Source: Candidatus Heimdallarchaeum endolithica (GTDB lineage Archaea > Asgardarchaeota > Heimdallarchaeia > Heimdallarchaeales > Heimdallarchaeaceae). From it: 64,000 nt of DNA. Both the position numbers and the translations under genes were made by a program. The stretch lies in contig CP084167.1 in assembly GCA_021513715.1 (NCBI GenBank), positions 1,280,001 to 1,344,000 of the forward strand, read 5' to 3'. A model generated the notes under the pieces. It made no database searches and was not told the origin of the DNA. It worked only from the letters and a program-made list of their open reading frames with translations. Below are positions 1-9,439 of the stretch, piece by piece (position 1 is the stretch's first letter; each line of letters begins with the position of its first letter).

Positions 1-1
1 A

Positions 2-190
2 GAAATGTTCAAGATCTCTCAAAGAATCTATGGCGCAGCAGGTCCTCAAGGAGCACCTGGAGCAGGTCCTACAGGATTTCCTGGTTATGGCGCTCCAAGT
101 GAAGCAGCAGGAACACAAACTGGTTCAGATGTTGATGAAGAAAGCGTAATTGATGTTGACTATGAACCAGTTGACGAAGACGAAAAATAA
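2..190 (+). CDS. dnaK: Molecular chaperone DnaK, C-terminal end (5'-truncated by window)
   Basis: Gly/Ala/Pro-rich tail ending VIDVDYEPVDEDEK, typical of DnaK C-termini; directly upstream of dnaJ. Confidence 0.85.
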   Translation, partial: EMFKISQRIYGAAGPQGAPGAGPTGFPGYGAPSEAAGTQTGSDVDEESVIDVDYEPVDEDEK

Positions 191-255
191 TACTCGTTAA
201 AAGATAAATTTAATATTAATTCTTTTTCTTCTTTCTACCGTTAGGAAGTGACCCT

Positions 256-1404
256 ATGTCAGAGAAACGAGATTACTATGAAGTCTTGGGAGTTAGTCGA
301 GACGCCTCAGAAAGTGAAATAAAAAAAGCGTTTAGAAAGAAAGCTATGCAATATCATCCTGATCGAAATCCTGACGACCCAGAAGCTGCTGAAAAGTTCA
401 AAGAAGTTTCTGAAGCTTTTGAAGTCCTTTCTGATCCAGAGAAACGTGCAGCATATGACAGATTTGGTTTTGCAGGAGTAGATTCAAGTTTTTCTCATGT
501 TAGTGCTAGTGATTTTTCCTCATTCAGTGACTTATTTTCTTCATTATTTGGCGAGGATCTCTTTAGCGAATTTTTTGGAGGACACAGGAGAAGAGCTAGT
601 GGGCCTAGGAAGGGCTCTGATTTAGTAATGAATTACTCTATTTCTTTTTACGATGCTATTTTTGGTACGAAAAGAGTGGTTGAAGTTCCAATAAAGAAAG
701 TTTGTCCAACATGCAATGGTTCAGGGACAAAAAAAGGTTCATCTCCTAGGATTTGTCCCACATGCCAAGGATCTGGAGTAGAAACACTAACACAAAGAAG
801 CGGCTTCACTATATTTCAAAGACAGATTCAATGTCGTCAATGTAATGGAAAAGGGCAGATTATTGATAACCCTTGCCCTACTTGTAAAGGAACTGGCCGT
901 GCTAAAGAGAACGAAAAAATCAGGTTAGAGATTCCTCCAGGAGTAGATAGCGGTTTTAGACTTAGAATAAAAGGAAAAGGAGAAGAAGGTCGTTTAGGAG
1001 GTCCCAGAGGAGACTTATATATTCGAATAATTGTCGATGAACATCCTTTCTTCAAACGTAGAGGAGATGATCTAGCTGCAGAAATAGCAATCCCCTATCC
1101 AATAGCCGTTTTAGGAGGAGAAATAACTATTCCTACCCCTTATGGTCCAGAGAAAGTAAATATACCAAAGAATACTAAAGATGGGGATATTATTAGACTT
1201 GCTAAAAAAGGAGTGCAACGACAAACTAGATATGGTGTCAATCGTGGAGACTTCCATGTAGTCGTAAGAATAGATATTCCCAAAAAATTGACAAATGAAG
1301 AAAAAGAGTTACTTATTAAATTGTCTAAAATAATGCAAATGCCAGAGAAACAACAAAAATTGTTTAATAAACTATTTGAAGAAATTAAGAAAAATAAGAA
1401 ATAG
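256..1404 (+). CDS. dnaJ: Chaperone DnaJ
   Basis: J-domain with HPD motif, G/F-rich region, four CxxCxGxG zinc-finger repeats, C-terminal domain. Confidence 0.97.
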   Translation: MSEKRDYYEVLGVSRDASESEIKKAFRKKAMQYHPDRNPDDPEAAEKFKEVSEAFEVLSDPEKRAAYDRFGFAGVDSSFSHVSASDFSSFSDLFSSLFGEDLFSEFFGGHRRRASGPRKGSDLVMNYSISFYDAIFGTKRVVEVPIKKVCPTCNGSGTKKGSSPRICPTCQGSGVETLTQRSGFTIFQRQIQCRQCNGKGQIIDNPCPTCKGTGRAKENEKIRLEIPPGVDSGFRLRIKGKGEEGRLGGPRGDLYIRIIVDEHPFFKRRGDDLAAEIAIPYPIAVLGGEITIPTPYGPEKVNIPKNTKDGDIIRLAKKGVQRQTRYGVNRGDFHVVVRIDIPKKLTNEEKELLIKLSKIMQMPEKQQKLFNKLFEEIKKNKK

Positions 1405-1467
1405 TTATTCCCTAACTTCTTTTTATTTTCAGATACTTTTTTATTAGGTAAATGTGATTTATTATAT

Positions 1468-2394
1468 ATGAGTGATGAAGATTTTGTTCGCTGTCCCAAC
1501 TGTGGAAATCTAAACATTAAAGGTTCAACCAAATGCCTTTTCTGTGATCAAGAATTAGAAGTTTCAGAAGAAGATAAGGGTAAAGTAGTAGAAACTTTTC
1601 CTTGTCCTAGCTGTTCTACAGATTTACCTGTAGGTGTAAAATCATGTCCTATTTGTGGATGGAGTGAAGAAGGAGCTTCACAGGTAGAAGAAGGACCAAC
1701 AGATAAAGGTGAATCGCTAGGTATTCCTCAAGTAGGAGAGAGTGCACCCCCTGCACCTACTATTCCAAAAATGCCTGAAACAGAAGAAGAAGGAGAAGAA
1801 GTTCTTACACCTAAAATTCCAGATATGTTAGTTGAAGAAGTAGAAAAGGTAGAAGAGGAAATAATTATCGAAGAAGAGCTTGTTCAACCAGAAAAAGTTT
1901 CATTTAAATTCACTATTGCATTCATATGTTTATCATTGTTACTCTCAATATTTCATTATGGTTTCAGTTTCTTAATAGCCCTTCCATCAGTTAAAGTCAT
2001 AGACCCTGAAGTTCAAGTTATTCCTTTACAAGGGGATCTATCTACCGCAGTTAAAATTAGTGCTATTGCCTTTTATCTATCAGTAGTTGTATCTATTACT
2101 TCAGGATACATTATTTCGTTGTTTATTAGAAAAAGAATCAAAGAGTTAAAAAATATCATTTTGTGGTTGGGGATTTTCATATTTATAGATCTGATTGTCC
2201 ATATAGCTATTCCAGCTCTAGCTACAATAATATTCTATCCACGAGAGATTCTATTTATCAATCTATCTGGAGCTACTTTGGTCTTCTTAGTTACAAATAT
2301 AGTTCTAATGTTCACACCCTTTATTGTAGGAGGACACTGGTTATTTACAAAACTTGATAAGCTTTATTTTCCTAAAAAACATGCCCAAAACTGA
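1468..2394 (+). CDS. Double zinc-ribbon membrane protein
   Basis: Four CxxC pairs at N-terminus, acidic Pro/Glu linker, about four hydrophobic TM segments at C-terminus. Confidence 0.7.
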   Translation: MSDEDFVRCPNCGNLNIKGSTKCLFCDQELEVSEEDKGKVVETFPCPSCSTDLPVGVKSCPICGWSEEGASQVEEGPTDKGESLGIPQVGESAPPAPTIPKMPETEEEGEEVLTPKIPDMLVEEVEKVEEEIIIEEELVQPEKVSFKFTIAFICLSLLLSIFHYGFSFLIALPSVKVIDPEVQVIPLQGDLSTAVKISAIAFYLSVVVSITSGYIISLFIRKRIKELKNIILWLGIFIFIDLIVHIAIPALATIIFYPREILFINLSGATLVFLVTNIVLMFTPFIVGGHWLFTKLDKLYFPKKHAQN

Positions 2395-2396
2395 AG

Positions 2397-2840
2397 ATGT
2401 GTCATATAATGGATGGGAAAAAACTTGAGAATTTCTTAAAATATGAATTAGAAAACATTAACAAACATTTGCCAAGAAAGAGAATACCGCTAAATAAAGG
2501 AATGAAAGAAAATACTTATGTAAGCAAAGGTAATGATAAAATTTCTATTGACCCTCGAGAAATACAATTCTTACAATCTTTATGTCCCAAGGATAAACTT
2601 AATTCTGTTTATCTTCCGATAATTATTGTTAGAAGAAGAGATCTTGGAGAAGGAGCATATATAATAAGTGGTGAATCTATTGAAGAGTTCTTAGTTTTAA
2701 AAGCAATTAATAAATGGGAAGGTGACTGGAGCGAATTTCTTAAGGAAAAGGAAAAAAGACACTATTTTTATCTATATAAACCAGACTTATTAGAAATAAG
2801 AAAAAAACTTTCCACATGCACTGTTATTGCTTTTAGTTAA
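2397..2840 (+). CDS. DUF61/UPF0216 family protein
   Basis: INKHLPRKR, LPIII, YLYKPDL..IRKKL motifs of archaeal DUF61 proteins. Confidence 0.75.
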   Translation: MCHIMDGKKLENFLKYELENINKHLPRKRIPLNKGMKENTYVSKGNDKISIDPREIQFLQSLCPKDKLNSVYLPIIIVRRRDLGEGAYIISGESIEEFLVLKAINKWEGDWSEFLKEKEKRHYFYLYKPDLLEIRKKLSTCTVIAFS

Positions 2841-2891
2841 ATAGAATAGAGAAACTTTATTTATTTCTATTCTTTTTTTTCTTGATAAAAA

Positions 2892-4076
2892 ATGAATTCT
2901 TTTACAATTTCAAAAGAAACTCACAAAAAAAGAATGGAAAAAATTAGAAGTTGGTTAGAAAAAGAAAATTTATCTGCAATGATTTTCTTTAGCCCTATGT
3001 CAATTTATTATCTAACAGGATATCGTTTTATTCCTACAGAAAGACCTATTTCTTTTGTTTTTCCCACTTTTGGTGAACCTTGGTTTTATGTTCCGAGATT
3101 AGAAGTCGAACACATTAGAGAAAAAATACCTTGGATAACATATGAGTACTATTTTGAATATCCAGATCTAAAGCACCCTGCAAAAATTTTTGTAGAATTA
3201 ATAAAAAGAAAAAAACTTATAACAGACCCCATAGGCCTTGAGTCTCCCAATTTTTCTGCTCACTGGGGATATAAAGGGACATTAATTACTGATTTATTAA
3301 AAGATGATGTCCAAACTAAACTTTTTCCTTACCTTATTATGGAAATGAGAAAAATAAAAGATGAAGAAGAGCTCAAACTTATTCGAGAATCTGCAAAATG
3401 GGGGCATTTAGCACACAAATTATTACAAGAATATACTGAAATAGGAAAAGATGAAGTTGAAGTTAGTTTAAAAGCTTCTTGGGATGCAACAAAAGAAATG
3501 TTAAGAGAACTGCAAGATTTTGTTCCAAGTGGTACATTATCAGCTTATGCTGGGTATAGAGGGCAAATCGGTGAGTGGAGCGCAATCCCCCATTCTGTTT
3601 TACAAAAAACAAAATTTGAACAAGGTCAAACACTTGTAACAGGAGCTTCAGCTAATGTTTCTGGTTATTTGTCTGAACTTGAAAGAACTATGTTTATTGG
3701 TAAGCCAAATGAGAAACAGGGAAGATACTTCCAAATAATGAAAAAAGCTCAAGATGCTGCTTTAGAGACCTTTTCTCCTGGAATCCCATGTAGCAAAGTA
3801 GACAAAGCTGCAAGAAAAGTTTTCAAAGACGAAGGAGTTTTCCATTTAGTTCAGCACCATACAGGACATGCTATTGGTTTAGAAGGTCACGAACCTCCTT
3901 TTCTTGACATTGGAATAGATGAAATCATTAAACCTGGAATGGTTTTCACTTGCGAACCTGGAATTTATGAGTATAAATTTGCAGGTTTTCGTCATTCTGA
4001 CACTGTTATTATCAACGAAGATGGAGCAGAAAGAATAACGCCATATCCTCGAGATATTGATGATTTAACTATTTGA
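2892..4076 (+). CDS. Xaa-Pro aminopeptidase/dipeptidase (M24 family)
   Basis: Creatinase-like N-domain, HHTGHAIGLEGHEPP, TCEPGIY, GFRHSDTV. Confidence 0.92.
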   Translation: MNSFTISKETHKKRMEKIRSWLEKENLSAMIFFSPMSIYYLTGYRFIPTERPISFVFPTFGEPWFYVPRLEVEHIREKIPWITYEYYFEYPDLKHPAKIFVELIKRKKLITDPIGLESPNFSAHWGYKGTLITDLLKDDVQTKLFPYLIMEMRKIKDEEELKLIRESAKWGHLAHKLLQEYTEIGKDEVEVSLKASWDATKEMLRELQDFVPSGTLSAYAGYRGQIGEWSAIPHSVLQKTKFEQGQTLVTGASANVSGYLSELERTMFIGKPNEKQGRYFQIMKKAQDAALETFSPGIPCSKVDKAARKVFKDEGVFHLVQHHTGHAIGLEGHEPPFLDIGIDEIIKPGMVFTCEPGIYEYKFAGFRHSDTVIINEDGAERITPYPRDIDDLTI

Positions 4077-4991
4077 AACTTTTTTTCTTGTTAATATAAC
4101 TTTTTTTCCATTTTCTTTAAGGAATATAGTATCTTCTGCTTGAGCTACAGGTTTGTTAGTTATTTCCTTTAAAACTGAATATCCGTGTAAAACATGTTGT
4201 TCTGTTAACTCTTCTAATGCCTGTTCGATCTGTTTTTTACTGAACTTTTCAACTAACCAACGTGGAGAGAAAGGTAATCCATAGAAGTGCTTTTTTATAT
4301 AAACAAAGACTTCTCTGGCTTGAGGACTTGGAGTATTTCTTAACTGTGAGTAATGTATGAATATCGTTTCCAAATCATCATCAATTACTATACCTTTTCC
4401 TGTTGTTGAAAATGGTTCTATTGCATAGGCATTGTTCTTATGAAAAACATCTTTAGGTTTCCACAGCTTTTTATTTTTTCCGTAATTAGGAATAGATAAC
4501 CCATCATGGAGAGAATATTGTCCTAGAGAATGTCCAGACAAATTTGTTATAGGTTTGAAACCTTCTTTTCTGATTGTTTTTTCTACTACTGCCCCAACTT
4601 CATAAACATTTACTTTATCATTTATCTTCTTTAAAGCTGCAAAAAGTGCATGTTCAGCTGAAGTTTTTAACTTTTCAAATTTAGAATCAAATATTTTCAT
4701 CCTCGCTGCATCAGTAATAAAACCATCTACAGCTACACCAAGATCTATTTTAACAATTGAATGATCAGGTATTTCACTAGTATCATCAATTATTGGTGAA
4801 TAATGAGCAGCTACTTCATTAATAGAAATATTTACAGGAAAAGCAGGTATTGCTCCTTGTTTTCTGATAAAATTTTCTGTTCTTTCTGCTATTTCAAGTA
4901 AAGAACTCCCTGGTTCACATAAACTCAAAGCTAGTTCCATGGCTTTTACATGTACTTGACCACTCAATTTGTATTTTTTTTCCGTTTCCAT
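4065..4991 (-). CDS. map: Type II methionine aminopeptidase
   Basis: AFPVNISINEVAAHYSP, KIDLGVAVDG, NLSGHSL, AIEPFST, AQAEDT; archaeal/eukaryotic-type insertion. Confidence 0.95.
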   Translation of the reverse strand: METEKKYKLSGQVHVKAMELALSLCEPGSSLLEIAERTENFIRKQGAIPAFPVNISINEVAAHYSPIIDDTSEIPDHSIVKIDLGVAVDGFITDAARMKIFDSKFEKLKTSAEHALFAALKKINDKVNVYEVGAVVEKTIRKEGFKPITNLSGHSLGQYSLHDGLSIPNYGKNKKLWKPKDVFHKNNAYAIEPFSTTGKGIVIDDDLETIFIHYSQLRNTPSPQAREVFVYIKKHFYGLPFSPRWLVEKFSKKQIEQALEELTEQHVLHGYSVLKEITNKPVAQAEDTIFLKENGKKVILTRKKVSNS

Positions 4992-5054
4992 TTTAATCCT
5001 TTCTTCAGTATAATCAAAAATGTATATTCTGTTTTTTATTTGTTTTCTTAATAC

Positions 5055-6064
5055 TGTTTACTCAATAGACTTGGGTTACACTTTTGGGTACTAGAGAAAC
5101 ATAGGGGTGATTCATAAATCTTTCTCCTGGGGTGAGGAAGTTAAGAGATTGGTGAGGACGACTAAAATTGTAGTAAGAGCGGTAGTAGGAGAGATCTGCG
5201 TTGCAGTATTTTAGACCTAATCTTTCCATCTCACGGATGATTGTCCCATGTAGTCTTTCTACTTTTCCACATGTTTCGGGGTGAAAAACTCTAGCTCTGA
5301 TGTGTTTTATTCCTTCTGTTTGACACCAACGGGAGAAGGTACTTGTTCCTCCTCCAACGGAAGAGAAGAGTGCTCCATTGTCCGTGAGGATAGACTCGGG
5401 GTAACCGTACTCTTTTATTGCTTCCTCTAGTAGATTTATTATCTGCTCTTTTTTTGGTGCAAAAGGGTGGAATTTAGCTCCCAGACAGAATCGTGAGTGG
5501 TCGTCTATCAAGGTTATGAGATGGAGATGTTGTCCCTGTTCTTCTACCCAGAATGGTCCTTTCACATCTATTTACCAGAGTTCGTTAGGTTTTTGACGTT
5601 CAAAACTCTTGTATCGAGGTCTCTTCCTCTTTTTTCTATTGACCCATAAAGGAAGACCTAACTCTTTTATTACTTTCGTCACTGTCGTCTGAGAGAGTGC
5701 TTTTCCTTCTCTCTTCAACAAATAAGCTATCTTCTCCACATTCATTCCTTGTTTTATTCTTAACTCCCTTATCCTCTCTTTTAACTCCTCATCCACTTTC
5801 CTGTGTATAGTTTTTGGTCTGGAGGATCTATCTTTCCACCATTCTCCTTCAGGGTTCTCTCTGAACCTCTTCAACCACTTATACACAAACTTCCTACTCA
5901 CCATATACTTGTGAGCTATCTCTTTTATCTTCTCTCCATCCAAAGCTTTTTTAACTACAATTTTTCTTAGTTTCTCCAGGTTACGTTCGGTCTTATTCAT
6001 ATTTAATCACTTACCCACGTAACCCACTTCTATTTATTTGTTACCAATGTGAGTGGAGTATACA
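5055..6064 (-). mobile_element. IS481-family-like insertion sequence (1010 bp)
   Basis: TGT...ACA ends; imperfect 26-bp terminal IRs (tgtttactcaatagacttgggttaca vs tgtatactccactcacattggtaaca, 18/26); flanked by identical 17-bp direct repeats atttgttttcttaatac at 5038-5054 and 6065-6081. Confidence 0.88.
5062..6000 (-). pseudogene. IS481-family DDE transposase interrupted by an in-frame TAA
   Basis: ORFs 5572-6000 (HTH) and 5062-5565 (rve core: IDDHSR, TDNG, GKVER) are in frame: PNELW*IDVKGPF; TAA at 5572-5574 probably replaces CAA (WQID motif). Confidence 0.88.
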
Positions 6065-6226
6065 ATTTGTTTTCTTAATACCGAAAAAGAAAAAAATTGA
6101 AAATAATGAACCTAAATTATGATTTTTTTCAATAATATGAAACTTTGAAAACCAACGATAATATTAAAATAGAATAAATGATAAAGTAACAAGTAACTAA
6201 ACCTTACTTATTTAGGAGAAAGAAAC

Positions 6227-7978
6227 ATGCCACTTGAGACAAATAACTACTTTAAACCTGTTGAACCAAAAAAATACATTGGACAGCAAGAAATCATTAA
6301 AAGTTTTAATGAACTTATAAATAAGTTCAAAGTTGGAGAAACAGAAAAAAGGTCAGTATTGATAATTGGTAATAATGGTACTGGAAAATCTTCACTTCTT
6401 TTAAAATTAGCAGAATATATTAGCGGGAGAAGAGATACAAAGACTATTTACGACATTAAACCAATAAAGGAGCAAGTTGAAGGATTTTTTAGAAATTGGT
6501 TAAATGATATTGATAAGCTTACTCCAAATTGGGGAGGTATCTTCGAAAAGATTCCTGAACTTCCTCTTCTTAAAGATGATAACAGAATCACTGATGAGAT
6601 AGAATATGTACAAGAATTTACGAATAAATTCTTTGAAAAAATGGACAAAATCGATAAAAAGCTAAAAAATGAGAAAATTAGATTATATTTCTTCATAGAC
6701 AATACTTCCATTTTTAGAATGATGAGATATTCTATTTTCTACAAAATATTCGCACAAATTGTTGAAGAAATAACAAAAAAAGGTTACAATCTTTTTGTCG
6801 TGACGACAATAGATGAACTCTTCCTTTCAGAAATTGACATTGAAAAGAAACTTACTTTCAACTCAGACATTTATAAATTGAAGCCTTTAACAGAAGCAGA
6901 AGCTCAAATATTCATAAAAGAAAAATCTCCAGAACTTAAGTTGTCTGATGTCCTAGAACTTCTAGAAAATAGTGAAAGAACATACTTTGATCTTATCTTA
7001 GCAATATTCTTTATAGAGAAAAAGCTTTCTGTGACAGATTATGTAGAAAAGAACATAGTAAAATTACTAGATATTTCTGAAGAAGAACATGAAGCTCTTC
7101 AAGAAATGGGTACGTATTCTGAGAACCTATTTCCTGAAGAAAGGTTACTTAAGTTCATTCAAAAAGAAACTTTAGATAGTTTAGAGAAAAAAGGTTTAAT
7201 CGAATATTTTGGAGATTACATCCGTTTTACACAAAATGCACTTTTAGATGTAGTTAAATTTAATGAGAAATTATATTCTACATTAACAATTATAATGATA
7301 AAGTTAGATAAAATTCTACATGATCTAGAGAGTGACATAATACCTACTGACATTGAATTCCAAGAACTAAGAAAGATAACTTCCCGTATTCATGATGGTT
7401 TGTCATATAATGTAGTTGGAGCAAAAGTAAACCAAATAATTAAAATGCTGATTAAGAAAAAAGAGTTCCAAAAAGCTTATGATTTTGCTTTACTAAACAT
7501 TAACAATTTTGATCAACTTCATGATTTTGTAAGAGCTGCAACTATTGCAGAGAAAGTAGGAAGAGATTTAGAGGAAAAACATTACGCTTTTGCAGGAAAA
7601 TTATATTATAGAGCAGGTACTTTCTATGAGACTATGAAAGAAGACTCAAAAGCTAAACGTGCATTTATACGTGCAGCAGATCAGTTTGAGAAACAGTTTT
7701 CTTCATTAGATGCCAAAACTAGTCCTTATTTATTAAGAGCGCATATTAAATCATGCTTAGATTGTTATAGAAAAGCTAAAGACGAAGCTAGATTTAGAAG
7801 AATCAAAGAAAAAGCAATCAAGATCTTCCCTGAGGAATCAATACATCATCGCTATGTTAGTGAGATTAATTATAAGAAAACAGAGACTATACAAGCCACT
7901 CCGATTATAGAAGAAACAAAAGAAGAAGAAAAGAAACCAATAGATATCGATGATTTAGAAAAAGAATTAGAATTTTAG
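6227..7978 (+). CDS. P-loop (archaeal AAA/STAND-like) ATPase with C-terminal TPR/SNAP-like helical repeats
   Basis: YIGQQE, Walker A GNNGTGKS, Walker B-like FFIDN; C-terminal repeats such as AGKLYYRAGTFY/AKRAFIRAADQF. Confidence 0.7.
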   Translation: MPLETNNYFKPVEPKKYIGQQEIIKSFNELINKFKVGETEKRSVLIIGNNGTGKSSLLLKLAEYISGRRDTKTIYDIKPIKEQVEGFFRNWLNDIDKLTPNWGGIFEKIPELPLLKDDNRITDEIEYVQEFTNKFFEKMDKIDKKLKNEKIRLYFFIDNTSIFRMMRYSIFYKIFAQIVEEITKKGYNLFVVTTIDELFLSEIDIEKKLTFNSDIYKLKPLTEAEAQIFIKEKSPELKLSDVLELLENSERTYFDLILAIFFIEKKLSVTDYVEKNIVKLLDISEEEHEALQEMGTYSENLFPEERLLKFIQKETLDSLEKKGLIEYFGDYIRFTQNALLDVVKFNEKLYSTLTIIMIKLDKILHDLESDIIPTDIEFQELRKITSRIHDGLSYNVVGAKVNQIIKMLIKKKEFQKAYDFALLNINNFDQLHDFVRAATIAEKVGRDLEEKHYAFAGKLYYRAGTFYETMKEDSKAKRAFIRAADQFEKQFSSLDAKTSPYLLRAHIKSCLDCYRKAKDEARFRRIKEKAIKIFPEESIHHRYVSEINYKKTETIQATPIIEETKEEEKKPIDIDDLEKELEF

Positions 7979-7988
7979 GTGAAATAAG

Positions 7989-9428
7989 GTGTCAGAAAAA
8001 GAAATTAGTAAATTTAGTAAAGAAATAGAAAATTTAGAAAATGAGATTTTTGCTTTAAATAGTTCTTTAGAAGAACTTCAAGCATTTGATAAGTATTATA
8101 GTGAGCTTTTACAAATAATTCAGAACAAATTATTATCGTTAAATGAAAAGCTTAGAGAGTTACATGACAACTCCCACAAAGAATTAACAAACAATATTGA
8201 AACAATAGAAGAAAAAACGAAAGAGTTAACTCTAAAATGGACTGAAACTAACAAAGAGACAGCGACAACAGAGTTAACAAAAATTGATGAAAAACTAAGT
8301 AATCTAAAAATAAAGTTTGTTGAAAGCTTAAATTCGAACAAAAAAGCAATAGAGAACCTTTCTGAAAAATTTGTAAATGATATAAATAATATCATCAGCG
8401 CACATATTCAAGAACATGAGCGTTTTTCAACCAATCAGGTTAAGACAACAAGAGATAGTTTTTCAGATATGAAAAAAGAGTTATCAGATCTACACTTAAA
8501 CAGTATAAAAGAATTAGAAAAAAATACAGTAGATATAAGATCAAATTTTGACGCCAATATTAAAATCAATGAAGATATTCTAAAAGAAAGTATTCAACAT
8601 TTGAGAACTGAATATAGAGATAAGTTAACTATGAATATGGAAGGAGTTTTTGAAAGTTTTGAGAGAATTAAAGACGAACTAGGAAACATGGTCACAAATA
8701 CTATTCAAAAAATTCAGAATGAACTTTCAGGAATTACAGAAACAATGGATAAATACCTTATTCAAGAAATTTCTAAAATCCAAGATATTTTAGGAGACTA
8801 CGAGGAAGGAATGTTAGATGTAAACAATATTGTTATGAGCAATTTTGATGCTTCTAAAAAAGAATTATTACAAAGATATGATGATCTTACAGAGAAATAT
8901 ATTACTAAATACAAGAATGCCTATGCAGAACTAGAAGAAAACTATATCAAGAAGAATGAGTCGATTTTAGAGGATTTAGTTTCTAAATCTCAAGAAATGG
9001 TTCAAGAAGCAAAAACAGAGTTTAGTCAACAACAAGAAAATATCTCTTCAATTTTGGAAAAAACACATGAGCAAATAACAATAGAAACAGCAGATTTAGA
9101 GAAAAAGTCTCAAGAACAGTTTAGTGAAATGCAACAAAGTATAGAGAGTTCATCTACTAAAATAAAAACTACTATAGAAACTTCGCAAAATGATGTTAAC
9201 TCAGCTCTTGCAGAACAAACTGTTGCTACTAAAGAAAAAATTAATGATTTAATTACCAATATCAAAAAACAGGTTAAAGATTTACAAGATAGTTCTCTAA
9301 AAGCTTTAGATGAAGAAGCGAAACTTAAGATTACAGAAGCAGATAAAGCACAAAAAGAGAAATTAAAAGTAATTAATCAATTAAAAAAGACTAGCAAAAC
9401 AATAGAAAGAATTAAAGAGGAACTTTAG
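7989..9428 (+). CDS. Long alpha-helical/coiled-coil protein
   Basis: 479 aa, E/K/L/I/S/N-rich, no Pro or Cys; 10 bp after ATPase stop, GTG start preceded by aggtga. Confidence 0.75.
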   Translation: MSEKEISKFSKEIENLENEIFALNSSLEELQAFDKYYSELLQIIQNKLLSLNEKLRELHDNSHKELTNNIETIEEKTKELTLKWTETNKETATTELTKIDEKLSNLKIKFVESLNSNKKAIENLSEKFVNDINNIISAHIQEHERFSTNQVKTTRDSFSDMKKELSDLHLNSIKELEKNTVDIRSNFDANIKINEDILKESIQHLRTEYRDKLTMNMEGVFESFERIKDELGNMVTNTIQKIQNELSGITETMDKYLIQEISKIQDILGDYEEGMLDVNNIVMSNFDASKKELLQRYDDLTEKYITKYKNAYAELEENYIKKNESILEDLVSKSQEMVQEAKTEFSQQQENISSILEKTHEQITIETADLEKKSQEQFSEMQQSIESSSTKIKTTIETSQNDVNSALAEQTVATKEKINDLITNIKKQVKDLQDSSLKALDEEAKLKITEADKAQKEKLKVINQLKKTSKTIERIKEEL

Positions 9429-9439
9429 GAAGTGAAAAA

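Noticed and set aside
5062-6000. Programmed frameshift (IS3-type orfA/orfB)
   Set aside because: The two ORFs are in the same frame, separated by a single TAA; no frameshift is needed
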